Shown one piece after another: positions 20,139 through 28,853 of a stretch of DNA of 64,000 nt. Position numbers and translations under genes: made by a program. The notes beneath the pieces were generated by a model. That model did no database searches. It saw only the letters and a list, made by a program, of their open reading frames with translations, and had not been told where the DNA came from. The stretch's first letter is position 1. Every line of letters begins with the position of its first letter. Source of the DNA: Gammaproteobacteria bacterium. Lineage in GTDB: Bacteria; Pseudomonadota; Gammaproteobacteria; Steroidobacterales; JABDLF01. Where the stretch lies: contig JABDLF010000002.1 in NCBI GenBank assembly GCA_013003115.1, forward strand, positions 4,186 through 68,185. Reading direction: 5' to 3'.

Positions 20139-22088
20139 ATGAGCGAGCCCGTATGGACGCCTGCCCCGGAACGCGCTGCGAAGTCGCGCCTGAGCAAGTT
20201 CATGAAACTTGTTGGCGAGGTCACTGACCGCTCTTTTGAACACTACGACGACCTCTATGCGTGGTCCGTCAGCGATTCCGGCGCTTTCTGGCAAGCCGTG
20301 TGGGACTATTTTGATGTTCGCTGCAGCCGCAGCGCCGACACCGTGCTGAAAAATGGCCATCAAATGCCTGGCGCAAAGTGGTTCGAAGGCGCGCGTCTCA
20401 ATTTTGCAGAAAACCTGCTGCGTTCGCGGGATGAACGAACTGCCATCATCTTCTGTGGCGAGAACGGCAACCGTCGGGAGTTAAGTTATCGGCAACTTGG
20501 CGACGCGGTGGCCCGCACGGCCGACGGCCTGAGAGCCGCAGGCGTCGTACCCGGTGACCGCGTGGCGGGTTTTCTGCCGAACTGTCCTGAAGCCGTGATC
20601 GCCATGCTTGCCAGTGCCAGCTGTGGGGCAACCTGGTCTTCGTGCTCACCTGATTTCGGCGTCTCCGGCGTGCTGGATCGCTTTGGCCAGATCGAGCCAA
20701 AAGTGCTTTTCACCGCCGATGGCTACTTCTACGGCGGCAAAACTTTTGACTCTCTTGGCGTTATCGAACAGGTGCTGACGGGCCTTGAAAGCGTTCGCAA
20801 GGTCGTTATCGTCCCGTTTGCTGCCTCTGATCCCGATATCGGGCGACTGCCCGGTGCCATAAGCTTCCCGGAGTTTGGTCGCGAAAGTGCTGCGCCGGAT
20901 TTCGCCCAGCTGCCCTTCGACCATCCGCTTTACATCATGTATTCATCCGGAACGACAGGAGTTCCCAAGTGCATTGTCCACGGCGCAGGCGGCACCTTGC
21001 TTCAGCATCTGAAAGAGCATGGCCTGCACACGGACGTCGGCGCCGACGACAGGCTGTTCTATTTCACGACCTGTGGATGGATGATGTGGAACTGGCTGGT
21101 ATCGGGACTTGCGCAGGACGCTACTATCGTACTGTTTGACGGCTCGCCTTTTCATCCTGGCGCCGGTGCGCTCTGGGAAATGGCGGAACGGGAGCGCGTC
21201 ACCATTTTTGGCACTAGCGCCAGATACATTTCTGCGGTGGAAAAGGCCGGCTACAGACCGGGCATGCACAGCAGTCTTGATGCCGTGAAGGCAATTCTCT
21301 CCACCGGCTCCCCGCTGTTGCCGGAAAACTATGATTTTGTTTACCGGGACGTTAAACCCGATGTTCAGCTGGCGTCGATCTCCGGGGGTACGGATATAAT
21401 TTCCTGCTTTGCACTGGGTAACCCGACGCTGCCCGTTTACCGCGGCGAGTTGCAATGTCGCGGCCTTGGCATGGCTGTGGAAATTTATGACGATGATGGC
21501 CAGCCGGTGGTGGAACAAAAAGGCGAACTGGTCTGCACCCAGCCGTTCCCTTCCATGCCCGTGGGATTCTGGAACGACGACCATGGCGAGCGCTACCACG
21601 AGGCGTATTTTGACCGCTTCGAAAATACCTGGTGTCACGGCGACTACGCAGAACTGACCGCCCATGGCGGGCTGATTATTTACGGGCGATCCGATGCAGT
21701 GCTCAACCCCGGCGGCGTCCGCATCGGCACCGCCGAGATCTACCGGCAGGTGGAAAAGCTCGAGGAAATCCTGGAAAGCATCGCCGTCGGGCAGCGCTGG
21801 AAAGACGATGTGCGCGTGGTGCTTTTTGTGCGATTAAGAGACGGCGTAGAGCTTGACGACGCACTGCGCGACCGTATCAGAAAAACCATTCGCAGCAACA
21901 CGACGCCCAGGCATGTGCCCGCAAAAATCATAGCCGTGGCAGACATCCCGCGAACCCTGAGCGGCAAAATTGTCGAGATCGCGGTGCGCAAAACCATCCA
22001 CGGCGAAGCAGTCAAAAATACCGACGCCCTCGCGAACCCGGAGGCACTGGCGTGCTTTCGTAACTTAGCGGCGCTGGATGAAGACTGA
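20139..22088 (+). CDS. aacS: Acetoacetyl-CoA synthetase (acetoacetate-CoA ligase)
   Basis: 649-aa AMP-forming ligase (YSSGTTGVPKCIVH) with the AacS-type N-terminus (LYAWSVSDSGAFWQAVWDYFDV). Confidence 0.88.
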   Translation: MSEPVWTPAPERAAKSRLSKFMKLVGEVTDRSFEHYDDLYAWSVSDSGAFWQAVWDYFDVRCSRSADTVLKNGHQMPGAKWFEGARLNFAENLLRSRDERTAIIFCGENGNRRELSYRQLGDAVARTADGLRAAGVVPGDRVAGFLPNCPEAVIAMLASASCGATWSSCSPDFGVSGVLDRFGQIEPKVLFTADGYFYGGKTFDSLGVIEQVLTGLESVRKVVIVPFAASDPDIGRLPGAISFPEFGRESAAPDFAQLPFDHPLYIMYSSGTTGVPKCIVHGAGGTLLQHLKEHGLHTDVGADDRLFYFTTCGWMMWNWLVSGLAQDATIVLFDGSPFHPGAGALWEMAERERVTIFGTSARYISAVEKAGYRPGMHSSLDAVKAILSTGSPLLPENYDFVYRDVKPDVQLASISGGTDIISCFALGNPTLPVYRGELQCRGLGMAVEIYDDDGQPVVEQKGELVCTQPFPSMPVGFWNDDHGERYHEAYFDRFENTWCHGDYAELTAHGGLIIYGRSDAVLNPGGVRIGTAEIYRQVEKLEEILESIAVGQRWKDDVRVVLFVRLRDGVELDDALRDRIRKTIRSNTTPRHVPAKIIAVADIPRTLSGKIVEIAVRKTIHGEAVKNTDALANPEALACFRNLAALDED

Positions 22089-23184
22089 GGCAGTGCGACC
22101 GCTCGAAGCCTACCAGCAGCACCTTGAGCGACCTGGTTTCGAGTCCGACCCGGCGCAGCGCATCGCAGCGGGGGTGCTTGATGATATCCACCAGGAACTA
22201 TTAGCCGCCAGCAAGTCGCCCTTGCAGCGACTTGCAAAGCGCCTCGTCGGCGGCAGCGACCAGGATGCCGTGCGTGGCCTGTACCTTTGGGGCGGCGTGG
22301 GGCGTGGAAAAACATTCCTGATGGATCTTTTTTACGCCTGCCTGCCCCCCGACATCAGACGTCGCAGTCACTTTCACCGGTTCATGATTGATGTCCACGA
22401 GCGCCTGCGTGCGCTGGACGGCGTCAAAGACCCTCTTCCAATTGTTGCCAAAGACCTGGCGAACGATATCCGCGTCTTGTGCTTCGATGAGTTTTTTGTA
22501 TCAGACATCGCAGACGCCATGCTGCTCGGCGGCTTGCTTGAACAGCTGTTCGCCCGCGGCGTAACACTCATTGCAACGTCCAACTCGCCGCCCTCACGCC
22601 TGTACCCCAACGGCCTGCAGCGCGCACGATTTCTACCTGCCATCGCCCTGCTGGAACAACAATGCCAGGTCATGCAGCTTGAAAGTGGCAAAGACTATCG
22701 GCTGCGGGTTTTAGAAAGCGCAGAAATGTACCTTTCGAGTCAGGATGAGCAATCGCCGCAGAAGCTGGAGCAGTATTTCGACGACATTGCCCCGGACGCC
22801 GGCAAACGCAGCTTCAGCCTGATCATTGAAAAGCGACCCATTCACACGCGGCGGGTGGCGGATGGCGTTCTGTGGTGCGAGTTTGACGCCCTTTGCGACG
22901 GCCCCCGCGGTCCCGCCGACTACGTCGAAATAGCAAAGGAATTTCACACGGTCCTGCTTTCACAAGTGCCGGAGTTGACGAGTAATAAAGAAAATCAGGC
23001 GAGGCGCTTTATTGCCCTGGTGGACGAGCTATACGATCGCAACGTCAAACTTATTCTGTCCGCGGACAGCGAGCTGGCAAGCCTCTATCAGGGCCAGCGC
23101 TTAAGTTTCGAATTTGAGCGAACCCGCAGCCGGTTGCAGGAAATGCAGTCACACGAGTATCTCGCGCGACCTCATCTGCCCTGA
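22078..23184 (+). CDS. zapE: AFG1-like ATPase ZapE
   Basis: 368 aa with Walker A GGVGRGKTFLMDLFY and Walker B LCFDEFFVSD. The start overlaps the aacS stop by 11 nt. Confidence 0.85.
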   Translation: MKTEAVRPLEAYQQHLERPGFESDPAQRIAAGVLDDIHQELLAASKSPLQRLAKRLVGGSDQDAVRGLYLWGGVGRGKTFLMDLFYACLPPDIRRRSHFHRFMIDVHERLRALDGVKDPLPIVAKDLANDIRVLCFDEFFVSDIADAMLLGGLLEQLFARGVTLIATSNSPPSRLYPNGLQRARFLPAIALLEQQCQVMQLESGKDYRLRVLESAEMYLSSQDEQSPQKLEQYFDDIAPDAGKRSFSLIIEKRPIHTRRVADGVLWCEFDALCDGPRGPADYVEIAKEFHTVLLSQVPELTSNKENQARRFIALVDELYDRNVKLILSADSELASLYQGQRLSFEFERTRSRLQEMQSHEYLARPHLP

Positions 23185-23197
23185 CGGGCAGGTTTTT
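23176..23197 (+). terminator. Putative rho-independent terminator after zapE
   Basis: CTGCCC-TGAC-GGGCAG hairpin (6-bp stem; the zapE stop codon sits in the loop) followed by GTTTTT. The stem is short, so confidence is modest. Confidence 0.45.
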
Positions 23198-23202
23198 GCT
23201 GG

Positions 23203-23850
23203 TCAGTTTGCGTCGGGCTGACGCTCGGGTGCGGCCTGCTGAAACGCGGACAGCGTCATGCAGGCCGCATCGATATCTGCAATGCGGGGGTACCCGCTCA
23301 TGTCTACATTGAATCTGCGTGCGTTATAGACCTGCGGCACCAGGCATAAATCCGCGATACCCGGCCGCGCGCCGTGGCAATAGTCTCCCGTCGCGTCTTC
23401 GCTTTCAAGCCGCCGCTCAAGCGCTGCGAAACCGACCTCAATCCAGTGTCGATACCAGTCTTTGACTTTTTCTTCGTCGGCGCCGAGTTCGCTCTTGAGA
23501 TAAGTCAGCACGCCCAGATTGTTGAGCGGGTGCATGTCGCAGGCGACCAGCTGTGCGAGGGAGCGCACACGCGCGCGGCCGTGCGCGTCGCTGGGCAACA
23601 GCGGTGGCTGTTCGAACATTTCATCGAGGTATTCAATAATGGCAAGGGACTGGCTTAGGTAAACGCCGTCGTGCTCAAGCAGCGGCACCCGGCCCTGGGG
23701 ATTCAATGCAAGGTATTCGGGCTTGCGTTGCTCGCCACCATCACGAACCAGGTGCACTGCGGCCTGCTCATACTCCAGCCCCTTCAGATTTAGTGCGATG
23801 CGCACGCGATAAGCGGCTGAACTTCGCCAGTAACCGTATAATCTGATCAT
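23203..23850 (-). CDS. maiA: Maleylacetoacetate isomerase (GST zeta)
   Basis: 215 aa with the N-terminus LYGYWRSSAAYRVRIALNLKGLEYE characteristic of MaiA. It is the last gene of the hmgA-fahA-maiA string and overlaps the fahA stop (ATGA-type). Confidence 0.9.
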   Translation of the reverse strand: MIRLYGYWRSSAAYRVRIALNLKGLEYEQAAVHLVRDGGEQRKPEYLALNPQGRVPLLEHDGVYLSQSLAIIEYLDEMFEQPPLLPSDAHGRARVRSLAQLVACDMHPLNNLGVLTYLKSELGADEEKVKDWYRHWIEVGFAALERRLESEDATGDYCHGARPGIADLCLVPQVYNARRFNVDMSGYPRIADIDAACMTLSAFQQAAPERQPDAN

Positions 23851-24842
23851 TTACGGGCGCCGTCGTACTGCTCGATGGTCTGGTCGATGGCGCCGAAAAT
23901 ACTGTCACCGTCTTTATCCAGCATCTCAATGCGAACGCGGTCGCCAAATGACATGAACGGCGTGCTTGCCTTGCCGTCACGCACTACCTCAATCACCCTT
24001 TTCTCCGCCAGGCATGATGCGCCTCGACTCTCATCCTGGTTGGCGATGGTGCCGGAACCGACTATGGTGCCCGCGCCCAGCGGCCGTGTTTTGGCAGCGT
24101 GGGCGATCAGCTGACCAAAATCGAACTGCATGTCCAGCGCGCACTCGGGCTCGCCGAACAAGCTGCCGTTGTAGTGAGTGACCAGGGGCAGGTGCACTTT
24201 GCTGTCACGCCACGCATCGCCGAGCTCTTCAGGCGTAACCGCAACTGGCGAAAGCGCCGACCTCGGCTTGCTGTTAAGAAAGCCAAAACCCTTGCCGAGT
24301 TCCGCCGGGATCAGATTCCTGAGCGAGACGTCATTAATGAGGACGACAAGCCGCACATATTGACCGGCCTCGCCGGGACTGACGCCCATGGGCACATCGC
24401 CGGTGATGACGCAGACTTCCGACTCGAAGTCGATGCCGAATTCTTCGCTTTCCACTTCGACGGGATCTCGAGGCCCGAGGAAGCCATCGGAGACTGCCTG
24501 ATACATCAGCGGATCGGTAAGAAAGCTCGGTGGCATTTCCGCGCCGCGGGCCTTGCGCACCCGCTCCACGTGGGCCAGATATGCGCTGCCGTCCACAAAC
24601 TGATAAGCGCGTGGCAGCGGGGCCGCGAGTTTGCTCACGTCCAGTGAAAAACTGCCCGGCGCGTCGCCCGCTTCAAGCTGTTTGCCAATCTGGGACAACG
24701 GGCCCGAAACGGCCTCCCAGTTATCCAGCGCGCCCTGCAGCGTTGGCACCACGTCTGTAGCACGAACGGCGTGCCCGAGGGACTTATCAACAACAATAAG
24801 CGTGCCATCACGGCCGCCCTCTCTGAGGGATGCCAGCTTCAT
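23847..24842 (-). CDS. fahA: Fumarylacetoacetate hydrolase family protein
   Basis: 331 aa of the FAH family (MKLASLREGGRDGTLIVVDK ..., GTIVGSGTIAN). Its position between hmgA and maiA supports a fumarylacetoacetase role. Confidence 0.82.
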   Translation of the reverse strand: MKLASLREGGRDGTLIVVDKSLGHAVRATDVVPTLQGALDNWEAVSGPLSQIGKQLEAGDAPGSFSLDVSKLAAPLPRAYQFVDGSAYLAHVERVRKARGAEMPPSFLTDPLMYQAVSDGFLGPRDPVEVESEEFGIDFESEVCVITGDVPMGVSPGEAGQYVRLVVLINDVSLRNLIPAELGKGFGFLNSKPRSALSPVAVTPEELGDAWRDSKVHLPLVTHYNGSLFGEPECALDMQFDFGQLIAHAAKTRPLGAGTIVGSGTIANQDESRGASCLAEKRVIEVVRDGKASTPFMSFGDRVRIEMLDKDGDSIFGAIDQTIEQYDGARK

Positions 24843-24878
24843 ATCTGTCTCCTTTGGTTTAACCTGTTGCTTGTGAGG

Positions 24879-26015
24879 TCAGGCTTTCGCCTTGTCGCCT
24901 TTCCAGGAATCCACATACCCGCGCCATTCCACCTTCTCCGCATCTGCCGTGACCTCCAGGGCATCGCGCGCATCCAGCATAACCGCCACCTCTTCGGTGC
25001 CCGGCGATTTCTGTTCGAGCATATTGTTCAGCGCCTTGGGGTGCGGTCCGTGAGTAAACCCGCAGGGATGCAGGGAAACCATTCCCGGGTGTATGTTGTC
25101 ACGCGAGAAAAAATCGCCAGCGTGATAAAAAATCACCTCGTCAAAATCGTCGTTGTTATGAAAAAACGGGACCTTGAGCGCACCTTCATCGGTTTCGAAC
25201 GGGCGCGGCACAAAAGTGCAGACCACAAAGCGGTTAGCCACGAACGTAGTATGAGCCGACGGAGGCAGATGATAGCGGTGGCTCATCAGCGGACGAATAT
25301 CCCGCCAGTTGATGCGCACGGGCAACAGATCCCCGTGCCAGCCCACTGCATCCAGCGGGTTATACGGATATGTGATGCGCGTCAGCGCATCGCGACGCTT
25401 CACCGCAACCAGCCACTGATCATCGTTCTTTTGTGCCTCGAAAGCCTCATCGAGCTCGGGCACGTCCAGCATCGCCGGATCAAAAATTGCGTGCGGGCCA
25501 AGCAAACCTTTATCGGGCAGCCGATAGCTGTCATTGGTGGCTTCAATCAGCAGCGCCTGCAAGGGTGCTTCGGTTTCGATACGCCACATAGTGCCGCGTG
25601 GCAAAATGATGTAGTCGCCAACACGAATCTTCAGGTGACCATAATCACAGTACAGGTCACCTGCGCCTTCATGGATAAACAGCAGCTCGTCGCCATCGCT
25701 GTTACGAACCAGGTGATCCATGGATCGGGGCAGCTTCCAGAACCGCATTTTCACGTGGGCATTGTGGAGCAGCTTGCGGGCATCCCAGGGTGACGTGCTG
25801 TCCCCTTCGAATTTTGTGGTATCGAAAGCCCTGGGCTTCAGCGGACCCTCGAAGGCCGTCCAGCCCGTTGGCGGGCGCGGATGATACATGTGGCTCGCCG
25901 GCCCGAAGAAGCCCTCCTTGCCCAACTCTCTTTCGTAAGTTCCGGCGGGCATATCAGCATGTGCCTGCCGCGACGCACGCCCTGCCACGCGCGGGAAGGA
26001 AATCCAGTTTTTCAA
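24879..26015 (-). CDS. hmgA: Homogentisate 1,2-dioxygenase (short form)
   Basis: 378 aa. The N-terminus (SRQAHADMPAGTYERELGKEGFFGPASHMYH) and cupin core match the short bacterial HmgA type. Context is hppD upstream and fahA/maiA downstream. Confidence 0.85.
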   Translation of the reverse strand: MKNWISFPRVAGRASRQAHADMPAGTYERELGKEGFFGPASHMYHPRPPTGWTAFEGPLKPRAFDTTKFEGDSTSPWDARKLLHNAHVKMRFWKLPRSMDHLVRNSDGDELLFIHEGAGDLYCDYGHLKIRVGDYIILPRGTMWRIETEAPLQALLIEATNDSYRLPDKGLLGPHAIFDPAMLDVPELDEAFEAQKNDDQWLVAVKRRDALTRITYPYNPLDAVGWHGDLLPVRINWRDIRPLMSHRYHLPPSAHTTFVANRFVVCTFVPRPFETDEGALKVPFFHNNDDFDEVIFYHAGDFFSRDNIHPGMVSLHPCGFTHGPHPKALNNMLEQKSPGTEEVAVMLDARDALEVTADAEKVEWRGYVDSWKGDKAKA

Positions 26016-26032
26016 TTTGATACCCTCGAAAC

Positions 26033-27118
26033 TCAGATGACGCCGCGACGCTGTTGATCTCGTTCAATGGACTCAAACAACGCCTGGAAATTACCTTCGC
26101 CAAATCCCTCGTTGCCTTTGCGCTGAATGATCTCGAAAAAGATTGGCCCGATGTTTGTTTGCGTGAATATCTGCAACAGCAGCTGTTTTTTCGTTTCGGG
26201 GTCACCGTCGATAAGAATTCGGTTTTCGCTCATGCGGTCAACGTCTTCTCCGTGCCCCGGCAGGCGCTCGTCGACCATCTCGTAATAGGTGTCGGGTACG
26301 TCCAGGAATGAAATCGTGTTGCGGCGCAGGCCCTCCACCGTCGCATAAATATCGTCTGTGAAAAGCGCGATGTGCTGGATGCCCTCGCCTTTGTATTCAT
26401 CCAGATATTCGGCGATCTGGGATTTGTCGTCACTCGACTCGTTTATGGGAATGCGTACCTTGCCGTCAGGGCTGGTCATGGCCCGGGAAACCAGGCCGGT
26501 CTGCGCCCCCTTGATATCGAAGTAGCGGATTTCGCGGAAGTTAAAGAGCTTCTCGTAAAAACCCGCCCATTTGTCCATATTGCCCATGAAGACATTGTGG
26601 GTAAGGTGGTCGATGTAATTGAGGCCCAGTCCCGCAGGGCGCAAATCAACGCCATCGAAGTACTCGAAATCGTCGGCATAGAGATCACTGTCACCGTAGC
26701 GGTCGACGAGATAAAGAATGCTGCCACCAATGCCCTCGATCATGGGCGTGTTAACGGGCACTGTCTCAGGCTTGTGGCGCACGTCGCAGGCGCCCCGCTC
26801 CAGGGCGCGGGCATGCGCAAACTTCGCGTCTCGCACTCGGATTCCGAAGCCACAGGCACAGGGCCCGTGCTGGGCCGCGAAGTCTGCCGCGAAGCTTCCT
26901 GGCTCCTGGTTGACGATAAAGTTGATGTCGCCCTGGCGATAAAGCACCGCATCAAGGGCCCGATGACGAGCCACCGCGGTAAACCCCATGCTGGTAAACA
27001 GGCCATCAAGCAAGTCACTGCCCGGTGCCGCGAATTCAACGAACTCGAAGCCGTCAGTGCCCATGGGGTTTTCAAACTGGGAATTATCGGATTGGGGATT
27101 GTTGAACTGATCCGCCAT
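26033..27118 (-). CDS. hppD: 4-hydroxyphenylpyruvate dioxygenase
   Basis: 361 aa with two VOC-fold halves and the conserved C-terminus (GEGIQHIALFTDDI, QIFT ... IGPIFFEIIQRKG ... GFGEGNFQALFESIE). Confidence 0.92.
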   Translation of the reverse strand: MADQFNNPQSDNSQFENPMGTDGFEFVEFAAPGSDLLDGLFTSMGFTAVARHRALDAVLYRQGDINFIVNQEPGSFAADFAAQHGPCACGFGIRVRDAKFAHARALERGACDVRHKPETVPVNTPMIEGIGGSILYLVDRYGDSDLYADDFEYFDGVDLRPAGLGLNYIDHLTHNVFMGNMDKWAGFYEKLFNFREIRYFDIKGAQTGLVSRAMTSPDGKVRIPINESSDDKSQIAEYLDEYKGEGIQHIALFTDDIYATVEGLRRNTISFLDVPDTYYEMVDERLPGHGEDVDRMSENRILIDGDPETKKQLLLQIFTQTNIGPIFFEIIQRKGNEGFGEGNFQALFESIERDQQRRGVI

Positions 27119-27199
27119 AAGGATTCTCCGCTGGATTTATGCAATAAGGCCGCTCCATCACCCCATCGGGCCCTTTGGAACAGCTAAATCGGCTAGTTA

Positions 27200-27236
27200 G
27201 TTGCAATTGAAACAATTATAGTTACAATTGAAACAA
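27200..27236. promoter_or_regulatory. Two 16-bp direct repeats (GTTGCAATTGAAACAA / GTTACAATTGAAACAA), candidate operator in the hppD-marR divergent region
   Basis: The repeats lie at 27200..27215 and 27221..27236, with 15/16 identical positions and a 21-bp period (two helical turns). Each contains the palindrome CAATTG. They sit directly upstream of the MarR ATG (27237) and 82-118 nt upstream of hppD. Confidence 0.4.
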
Positions 27237-27767
27237 ATGCAAGCTTCCCATGACAAATCCGCCACTGGGCCTGACGACGTTGCCATCGATCTTGAGGGCT
27301 TTTTGCCATATCGGCTCAGCGTGCTTTCCAATACCGTCAGCTCGGCCATCGCAGGCGCGTATGCCCGGCGCTTCGGGCTGACGATCCCGGAGTGGCGAAT
27401 CATCGCGGTACTGGGGCGATTCCCGCACATCGCCGCGCGCGAAGTGGCTGAAAAGACGGCGATGGACAAAGTGGCAGTGAGCCGCGCTGTCAACAGGCTA
27501 CGGAGCGCCGGACTGGTGGATCACGAAATCGCCGCCGCCGATCGACGCCGATCGGTACTGGCCCTTTCGGAACCAGGTCAGGCACTGCTATGCGAAATCG
27601 CCCCCATGGCGATGGCCTACGAAGCGAGGCTGCTTGAAGGGTTTAACCAGAAAGAACGACTGCTGCTTGAGAAGTCACTGCTGAAACTGATGAAGCGAGC
27701 CAGCGAGATCGGGCCCATAGGAGAAGAGCCTCCGTTTCAGGCACCCAGTTCGGTTCGAACCGAATAG
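27237..27767 (+). CDS. MarR family transcriptional regulator
   Basis: Winged-helix MarR pattern ([47 protein letters not shown]). It is divergent from hppD. I prefer the ATG at 27237 over the TTG at 27228; neither has an SD. Confidence 0.8.
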   Translation: MQASHDKSATGPDDVAIDLEGFLPYRLSVLSNTVSSAIAGAYARRFGLTIPEWRIIAVLGRFPHIAAREVAEKTAMDKVAVSRAVNRLRSAGLVDHEIAAADRRRSVLALSEPGQALLCEIAPMAMAYEARLLEGFNQKERLLLEKSLLKLMKRASEIGPIGEEPPFQAPSSVRTE

Positions 27768-28579
27768 AGTTCAGGAAAAAACTGGATGTCGAGGGCCTTT
27801 CTTAAAAATGCCACGCCAGATGAACCGCCCGTGCCGGGCTTGTAGCCGATGATCCTTTCCACGGTTTTCATATGGCGAAAGCGCCAGAGCTGAAAATTCA
27901 CCTCCAGGTCGATGAGTTTTTCACACATGTTGTAGGCCTCCCAGTTGCGATCCGTGCTCTGGTAGATACTCGTTATTACCGAGAGAACGCCAGCGGATTC
28001 CACATAGGGCTGGGACCAGTCGCGTTCCGTGGCAGCCTCCGGAATATCGTATCCCTGGCGCTTGAGATAGCGCAGAAACTCATCGTACAGGCTCGGCTTC
28101 TTCAGCACGGATTCCAGGCGATCGCGAACGGGCTGACTGTAGGCAAACACTTTGAGGATGTCCGGGTCTTTGTTGCCAAGCAAAAATTCGAGTTCCCGGT
28201 ACTGGGAAGACTGAAAGCCACTCGCGCGGCCGAGTACATGCCGGAACTCCATGTACTCGGAAGGCGTCAGGGTTTCCAGAACCGACCATTGTCCATAAAG
28301 CTGCTGCTGAATCTGCTTCACGCGCGAGAGAATCTTGAAGCAAGGCTCGAGGGCCCCCTGCTGCACCGACGCGATGGCGGCGTGAAGCTCGTGCAGAATC
28401 AGCTTGAACCAGAGCTCCGAAGTCTGATGCTGGATGATGAAAAGCATTTCATCGTGATGCATGGGTTCGCTGACAGGATGTTGCGAGGCCAGCAGCGTCT
28501 CGAGGCCGAGATATCCCTCATAGGTCATCTGCGCGGAGAGGTCGGTGTGAATGCCTTTTTCCATTTCACGCTTTTTCAT
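27737..28579 (-). CDS. kynA: Tryptophan 2,3-dioxygenase
   Basis: TDO motifs are present ([53 protein letters not shown]). The start is set at MKKREMEKG (28579), giving 280 aa; the 352-aa track ORF is an upstream extension. Confidence 0.88.
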   Translation of the reverse strand: MKKREMEKGIHTDLSAQMTYEGYLGLETLLASQHPVSEPMHHDEMLFIIQHQTSELWFKLILHELHAAIASVQQGALEPCFKILSRVKQIQQQLYGQWSVLETLTPSEYMEFRHVLGRASGFQSSQYRELEFLLGNKDPDILKVFAYSQPVRDRLESVLKKPSLYDEFLRYLKRQGYDIPEAATERDWSQPYVESAGVLSVITSIYQSTDRNWEAYNMCEKLIDLEVNFQLWRFRHMKTVERIIGYKPGTGGSSGVAFLRKALDIQFFPELYSVRTELGA

Positions 28580-28853
28580 TCGAGGTTCCAGTGTCCTGAT
28601 ATAGCCGGTCAGCGATGCATTGTATCCCCGCTCGCTTGCGCAGCGCATCATTGCGATATTGCGATGCCTCGCTTTTGGCACATCCTGTATAATGCCGTGC
28701 TCGATCGAGGGCTCGCAGGGAGAGGATTTAAACTCCTGGAAGTCGTGCCCGGAGCCGGGAAATAAGACGCAAACAAGGCTTCCCAGGCGCGGCATTCACA
28801 GAAATGAATCATTCCTGCGCTTTGCCGGGCAGCTACACCTACAGGAGTTTTTC

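Noticed and set aside
24771-25793. 340-aa ORF antisense to hmgA.
   Set aside because: It is a shadow ORF opposite a well-supported homogentisate dioxygenase gene, with His/Arg/Ile-rich low-information sequence.
28676-28693. TGGCAC followed by a TATAAT, considered as a sigma-54 (-24/-12) promoter.
   Set aside because: The -12 GC dinucleotide is absent at the required spacing (the sequence reads GTAT). I kept only the sigma-70-like -10 as a low-confidence observation.
27872-28765. 297-aa ORF antisense to kynA. Similar long antisense ORFs occur at 45309..46145 (glgC), 57912..58790 (ctaD), 26372..27187 (hppD), 29328..30194 (bkd) and 20943..21665 (aacS).
   Set aside because: Each lies opposite a gene with strong family signatures, and none has an RBS or recognisable domain.
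28620-28853. 78-codon N-terminal extension of the E1 alpha ORF (ATG at 28620).
   Set aside because: The extension would cover the kynA promoter region and has no E1 alpha similarity. A TTG at 28854 with an AGGAG 6 nt upstream gives a normal-length protein.
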